A DNA stretch of 51,469 nt from the sequence record SRR22947725_508; one strand, given 5' to 3'. Of this stretch, positions 46,687 through 51,469 are shown in pieces. The position numbers and the translations under genes were made by a program. The notes under the pieces are model-generated. The model was not told the DNA's origin. It worked only from the letters and a program-made list of their open reading frames with translations, and did not search any database. The first letter of the stretch is position 1; each line of letters begins with the position of its first letter.

Positions 46687-47588
46687 TAGGTAAGACTTGA
46701 TTGAATCCACTCTTTACGCAATTTATATTCTGAATCGGAAACTTTAATGATTCCTTCGTGCGCAATATTCTCAATGCAAAAAGATGCCATAGTTGCTCCT
46801 GCTATCATAGAATCTTCCATATTCTTCCCTGCCATCTTTGACGAAAGTATTCCTCCTGCAAAAGCATCGCCTGCGCCTGTAGTATCCATAACTCTACTAA
46901 CCGGGTATGCTTTTACTGAAAAAGAAGTATCCTTATCAAAAAAAGTAGCTCCTTCTTCTCCTTGCTTAATAATAAGACTATCTGACCCTAAGCTTAGTAT
47001 AGATTCAGCAATTTCATTTAAATTATGATTTTTTAAACCAGATAAATGGACAGCTTCATTGTAATTAATACATAGTAAGTTTGATTTAGAAATTATTTTT
47101 CTCAGATCTGAATTAGCAATATCCATATATAGCTTAAACGTATCTAGAATAATAAAAGGGGTTGATTCAATTTGATCTAGAACTGCAAGTTGTAATTTGG
47201 GATGAGTGTTTCCTAAGAGCAAATATTCACATTGTTTAGAACTTTCAGATAAAATGGGTTGATATTTTTCAGATACTCCCGGGTCTACATACAATGTTTC
47301 TCTGGAAGAAAAATCATGTGCATACTCACCACCCCAACAAAAAGTTTTCCCTTCTTCTATTTTTAAATCGTCCAGATTAATAGAATGGTCACCTAAAAGA
47401 TTGAAATGGTTTTTAGGAAAATCGCTTCCGACCATACCAACTAACTGACATTCTTTAGATTTTGTAGCTAATAAAGCATAAGAGGCAGAGCCTCCTAGTA
47501 CATTATCATATGTGCCATATCTATTAATAATCTTATCAATGCTAATAGATCCAAAAACTAATGCCTGATGTGAGTAATTTGAAGTCAT
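46683..47588 (-). CDS. PfkB-family carbohydrate/nucleoside kinase
   Basis: GS..ID, GGSASY, G.VG.DF, IN..EA, IKQGE.G, DTTGAGDAFAGG. Start 47588 preferred over 47612. Confidence 0.88.
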   Translation of the reverse strand: MTSNYSHQALVFGSISIDKIINRYGTYDNVLGGSASYALLATKSKECQLVGMVGSDFPKNHFNLLGDHSINLDDLKIEEGKTFCWGGEYAHDFSSRETLYVDPGVSEKYQPILSESSKQCEYLLLGNTHPKLQLAVLDQIESTPFIILDTFKLYMDIANSDLRKIISKSNLLCINYNEAVHLSGLKNHNLNEIAESILSLGSDSLIIKQGEEGATFFDKDTSFSVKAYPVSRVMDTTGAGDAFAGGILSSKMAGKNMEDSMIAGATMASFCIENIAHEGIIKVSDSEYKLRKEWIQSSLTY

Positions 47589-47621
47589 AAAATTTTTTAT
47601 TAAGATAAACACGTAAACAAT

Positions 47622-48728
47622 ATGAAAAAAGAAAAAATAGTTTTAGGTATGAGTGGAGGGGTTGATAGCTCCGTAGCAGCCTTGTTATTACAAAAAAGTG
47701 GATATGATGTATATGGCGTTTTTATGAAAAACTGGGATGATAAGCATGCGATTTGTTCTGCAGAAGATGACTATGCTGATGCAATCAGTGTATGCAAAAA
47801 GTTAAATATTCCTTTAAAAAAAATTGACTATACAAATCAATATAAAGATAAGGTATTTAAACAATTTTTAGATGATCATGTGCACGGACTGACACCAAAT
47901 CCTGATATATTGTGTAATAAAGAAATTAAATTTGAAGTCTTCCAAAATTATGCAAAAGAAATAGGTGCTACAAAAATTGCCACAGGGCATTATGCAGATA
48001 AATATGATGACAGCTCTATATCCTACTTAAAAAAAGCCACAGATCTTTCAAAAGATCAGAGCTACTTTCTTCATCAATTAGGGCAATCAGAATTAAAAGA
48101 TACAATCTTTCCTTTAGGCAAAATATTAAAAAAAGATGTCAGAATAATTGCAAAAAAATATTCTCTAATTAATCATAACAAAAAAGATAGTACTGGAATA
48201 TGCTTTATAGGAGAAAGGAAGTATAATGATTTTGTAGGTCAATATTTAACTGTAGATAAAGGCAATATTAAGTCTCTTGATGGAGAAATTTTAGGTACTC
48301 ATAGTGGTCATATCTATTTTACAATCGGCCAAAGGAAAGGTTTGGGTATTGGTGCAAGACTCACCTCCGAAGACAAGCCTTGGTATGTTGTAAAAAAAGA
48401 TATTGATAATAATATTGTATTCGTAGCTCAAGGTGAAAATCATCCAGCATTATTTAGTGAGCAAATTATTGTAGATCATATAAATTGGATTAATCTAAAA
48501 CCTAAAACATTCCCAAAAAAATATTACGCTAAAGTAAGATATAGGGATAAAGATAAGCTATGCACTATTTTTTCATTAGATAACGATACATATCTCATTA
48601 AATTTAAATCTAAACAAAAGGCTATAACGCCAGGACAGTCTATTGTGCTATATAACGAAGATGGTATTTGTGCTGGAGGTGGTATTATTACAAGGAGAGA
48701 TATCCCTTATTTAAAGGAGAATATTTAA
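47622..48728 (+). CDS. mnmA: tRNA 2-thiouridine(34) synthase
   Basis: GMSGGVDS, TPNPDILCN..IKF, ATGHYA, KDQSYFL, DSTGICFIG, TIGQRKG, TPGQ. Confidence 0.97.
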   Translation: MKKEKIVLGMSGGVDSSVAALLLQKSGYDVYGVFMKNWDDKHAICSAEDDYADAISVCKKLNIPLKKIDYTNQYKDKVFKQFLDDHVHGLTPNPDILCNKEIKFEVFQNYAKEIGATKIATGHYADKYDDSSISYLKKATDLSKDQSYFLHQLGQSELKDTIFPLGKILKKDVRIIAKKYSLINHNKKDSTGICFIGERKYNDFVGQYLTVDKGNIKSLDGEILGTHSGHIYFTIGQRKGLGIGARLTSEDKPWYVVKKDIDNNIVFVAQGENHPALFSEQIIVDHINWINLKPKTFPKKYYAKVRYRDKDKLCTIFSLDNDTYLIKFKSKQKAITPGQSIVLYNEDGICAGGGIITRRDIPYLKENI

Positions 48729-49454
48729 ATGAGCAGTAAATTACATATTGGTATTCTTGCAGCTGGAAAAGGTTCAAGAATGGAATCAACGCTACCTAAG
48801 GTCTTGCATAAATTAAATGGTAAAAGCTTAATTGATTATGTACTAGAAACCGCATCAGAATTAAAGCCTCAATCTACAACGCTTGTAGTGGGATTTGAAA
48901 AAGATCTTGTTAAGAGCCATACTAAAAATTATAAAGTTAACTATGTATCACAAGATAATCAGTTAGGCACTGGCCACGCTGTATTACAAATGCAAAATGT
49001 ATTAGAAAATCGAAAAGGTCATTTATTGATTTTATCAGGAGATGTTCCGAATATAAAATCTGCTAGTCTCTTTCCTATTATCAGACATCATATTAAAAAT
49101 AATCACTCTGCGACAGTGCTTACTGCAATAGTTAGTGATTCTACTGGATATGGTCGTATTATAAGAAATATAAACGGGGACCTGCTAAAAATTGTTGAAG
49201 AAAAAGATTGTAATAATGAACAAAGAAACATTAAAGAGATCAATTCTGGTATATTTATTTTTAAAATTTCAGAACTATTTCCTCAATTAAAAAATATAAA
49301 ATCTAATAACGCACAGAGCGAATATTATTTAACTGATGTAATGGAATTGATTGGAGAAAAAATGTCAATTCAAGCCAGCATAATTGGAGATTCTTCTGAA
49401 GTTCTAGGAATCAACACCGTAAATCAATTAAGTGATCTGGAAAATAAGAACTAA
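48729..49454 (+). CDS. GlmU-like nucleotidyltransferase (uridyltransferase domain only)
   Basis: ILAAGKGSRM.S.LPKVLH, QLGTGHA, GDVP, GYGRI.R, IVEEKD, EINSG, EYYLTD; ends before any hexapeptide repeats. Confidence 0.88.
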   Translation: MSSKLHIGILAAGKGSRMESTLPKVLHKLNGKSLIDYVLETASELKPQSTTLVVGFEKDLVKSHTKNYKVNYVSQDNQLGTGHAVLQMQNVLENRKGHLLILSGDVPNIKSASLFPIIRHHIKNNHSATVLTAIVSDSTGYGRIIRNINGDLLKIVEEKDCNNEQRNIKEINSGIFIFKISELFPQLKNIKSNNAQSEYYLTDVMELIGEKMSIQASIIGDSSEVLGINTVNQLSDLENKN

Positions 49455-49927
49455 TGAAATACTTTCTGAATGCCATTATAATTACTCTTTTACTTATAAT
49501 CATAACTTTTGGATGGTCAATATCCAAAACTTTAATTGAAAAAAATTCTATAACCAGAGTAGAGCCTTCACAGATAAAATCAACAACGAAAATTAAACTA
49601 TTTGAAAATTATGACAATCAAACATTGAAGGTTGGGATTCTAAATGGATGCGGAGTTAGTGGGATAGGAAATCAATTCTCTGAAATGTTAAATAGTAAGT
49701 ATGGACTCGTAATTGTAAGAACTGAAAATGCAGATAATTTTGACTATGAAACAACTAAAGTGGTGATTATTAACGAGTCCAATCCTAATATTGAAAATAT
49801 ATTAACTATTTTAGGGATGACTATTAATGATAACAATGTAGAATTTAATAGCTCCTATGATCCTCAAGAAGATATTCAAATAATCATTGGAAAAGACTAC
49901 TCAGATTTCCTTAACTTGAACCAATGA
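49454..49927 (+). CDS. LytR C-terminal domain membrane protein
   Basis: N-terminal TM; V.ILNGCG..G, NA.NFDY..T, D..IIIGKD. Confidence 0.8.
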   Translation: MKYFLNAIIITLLLIIITFGWSISKTLIEKNSITRVEPSQIKSTTKIKLFENYDNQTLKVGILNGCGVSGIGNQFSEMLNSKYGLVIVRTENADNFDYETTKVVIINESNPNIENILTILGMTINDNNVEFNSSYDPQEDIQIIIGKDYSDFLNLNQ

Positions 49928-50253
49928 AAACAAATCCATTATTAAAAAAAATTGTTACACTAGCAGAAGAAAAAAAGGCTGAAGAACTAATAGCGCTCAA
50001 CGTTACTAAAATCACTTCATTATCTGACTATTTTGTGATTTGTTCTGCTAAGAATATCATTCAGGTTAAAGCAATTGCTGATAATATTAAAGATAATATT
50101 GAAGAAAGACCTTGGCGAACAGAAGGATACCAAAATTCAAATTGGATCATTATAGACTATGTAGATGTTGTGGTGCATATCTTCTTTGAAGAAACTCGTC
50201 ATTATTACGATCTTGAACGCATCTGGTTTGATGCGAAAACTGTCAAAATATAA
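49924..50253 (+). CDS. rsfS: Ribosome silencing factor
   Basis: EKKA, DYFVICSA, EG....WI..DY.DVVVH.F..E.R.YYDLER.W. Confidence 0.95.
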   Translation: MKTNPLLKKIVTLAEEKKAEELIALNVTKITSLSDYFVICSAKNIIQVKAIADNIKDNIEERPWRTEGYQNSNWIIIDYVDVVVHIFFEETRHYYDLERIWFDAKTVKI

Positions 50254-51469
50254 TGATTCAAAATAAATTAGAATCCTTTATAAGTGAGTACTTAAAAGCT
50301 AACAATTATGAGATTAAAAATTGGAATGTATCAGCTAATACAAAGCAAGGTTTTGGAGATTATTCATCTAATATTGCACTTATCTTAGCGAAGAAAATTG
50401 GTCAAAATCCAATAGAAATTGCCGAAAAAATAGTTGCATCTCATAACAAAGATGAATCTCTCTTTTCTGTATCTGCAACCAAGCCAGGATTTGTCAATTT
50501 TCATATTTCTATCGATTATTATTTAAACATTTTAAAAAATATTTTAGATGAAGGGACTGATTTTGGTAAACCTGCAAACCACGCTAAAACAGCAAATGTA
50601 GAATTTGTAAGTAGCAACCCTACCGGCCCACTTACTGCTGGTCATGGTAGAAACACTATACTTGGCGATATGGTATCAAACATTTTAACATGGCATGGTT
50701 ATAATGTTACAAGAGAGTATTACTATAATAACGCAGGTAAACAAATGCGGATGCTAACTGAATCTTCTTATGCAAAATATGCAAAGAAAATTGGTAAAGA
50801 TATTACTGCGCCAGAGAATGGTTATGTTGGAGAATACTTAGATGATATTGCAAGTGAGATCATTGAAAAATTTGGTAAAAATTTGGATGCAGATAGTATT
50901 GAATTTCGAGAGTTTACAGAGCAAAAAATTTTTGATGATATTAAAGGTACTCTAAAAAGCCTTGGTATTGAATTTGACCTTTTTTCAGAAGAACAAAGAC
51001 TATATGAAAATGGTGCTATTGATAATGTGTTGGAAAGATTAGAAGCATTATCCCTGTCATATAAAAAAGATGGGGCTACATGGTTTAAAACGACTAGCCT
51101 AGGTAAAGAAGAAGATAAAGTTTTAGTAAAAAGTACCGGCGAGCCAACATACCGTCTACCAGATATTGCATATCATATAGATAAAGTACATAGAGGATTT
51201 GATTTAATAGTAGATATATTTGGAGCAGATCACATTGATACTTACCCAGATGTTTTACTAGGATTGGAAGCTTTAGGTGTAAAAACTGATCATATTAAAG
51301 TTATTATACATCAATTTGTTACTCTTAAGAAAGGTGATGAAGTCGTAAAAATGTCCACCCGTAAAGCAAACTTTATTACGCTAGATGATTTAGTTGATCA
51401 GCTGGGTGTAGACGTTGTGAGATATTTCTTTATTATGAGAGGCGCAAATAGTCACCTAGATTTTGATTT
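50253..51469 (+). CDS. argS: Arginine--tRNA ligase (3' truncated by the window)
   Basis: Manual translation from ATG 50253: FGDYSSN, PGFVNF, VEFVSSNPTGPLTAGHGR, REYY.N.AG.Q, PDIAYH, GADH, KMSTRK. Absent from the ORF track because it has no stop in the window. Confidence 0.95.
   Translation, partial: MIQNKLESFISEYLKANNYEIKNWNVSANTKQGFGDYSSNIALILAKKIGQNPIEIAEKIVASHNKDESLFSVSATKPGFVNFHISIDYYLNILKNILDEGTDFGKPANHAKTANVEFVSSNPTGPLTAGHGRNTILGDMVSNILTWHGYNVTREYYYNNAGKQMRMLTESSYAKYAKKIGKDITAPENGYVGEYLDDIASEIIEKFGKNLDADSIEFREFTEQKIFDDIKGTLKSLGIEFDLFSEEQRLYENGAIDNVLERLEALSLSYKKDGATWFKTTSLGKEEDKVLVKSTGEPTYRLPDIAYHIDKVHRGFDLIVDIFGADHIDTYPDVLLGLEALGVKTDHIKVIIHQFVTLKKGDEVVKMSTRKANFITLDDLVDQLGVDVVRYFFIMRGANSHLDFD

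Noticed and set aside
138-47028. Short ORF-track entries antisense to or nested in real genes (e.g. 138-437, 9498-9863, 18315-18656, 28709-29107, 40041-40334, 46747-47028)
   Set aside because: They are shadows of well-supported genes and have no recognisable motifs.
1-51469. Alternative genetic code, selenocysteine or programmed frameshifts
   Set aside because: Recognisable proteins are full length under code 11, TGA acts as a stop at expected ends, and no split genes were seen.

Overview
AT-rich (roughly low-30s %GC by eye), very densely packed bacterial chromosome segment read with genetic code 11. It holds about 44 CDS and one tRNA-Phe(GAA). I found no rRNA, CRISPR array, integrase or IS. 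The gene content (SprA-like translocon, type II glutaminyl-cyclase-like M28 lipoprotein, dimeric-type GlyRS, stand-alone GlmU N-domain, long LptD) and the streamlining suggest an FCB-superphylum marine bacterium, most plausibly Marinimicrobia/SAR406; this is inference. Core genes: partial methylmalonyl-CoA mutase, birA, rne/rng, rplU-rpmA-mdh, rdgB, hisS, topA, glyS, mnmA, rsfS, partial argS. Envelope and uptake genes: sprA operon, tripartite RND pump, cupredoxin plus FTR1, LptD, TonB-dependent receptor, GGT. Acyl-CoA and lipid enzymes are also present. The most notable observations are: (1) a five-gene rdgB-sprA-QC-EEP nuclease-RMDN-like TPR operon, with Gln at +1 in most Sec/SPI proteins of the window; (2) a perfect 28-bp A/T-only palindrome beside the topA promoter, a possible supercoiling sensor; (3) a TonB receptor with an unusual Cys/CxC set, followed by GGT and a degenerate amidohydrolase-fold lipoprotein; (4) a minimal cupredoxin+FTR1 iron module with a Fur-like 8-1-8 operator; (5) recurring TTGAnn-17-TAnnTT promoters and leaderless or divergent starts. 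All product calls come from motif recognition by eye; no database search was run.
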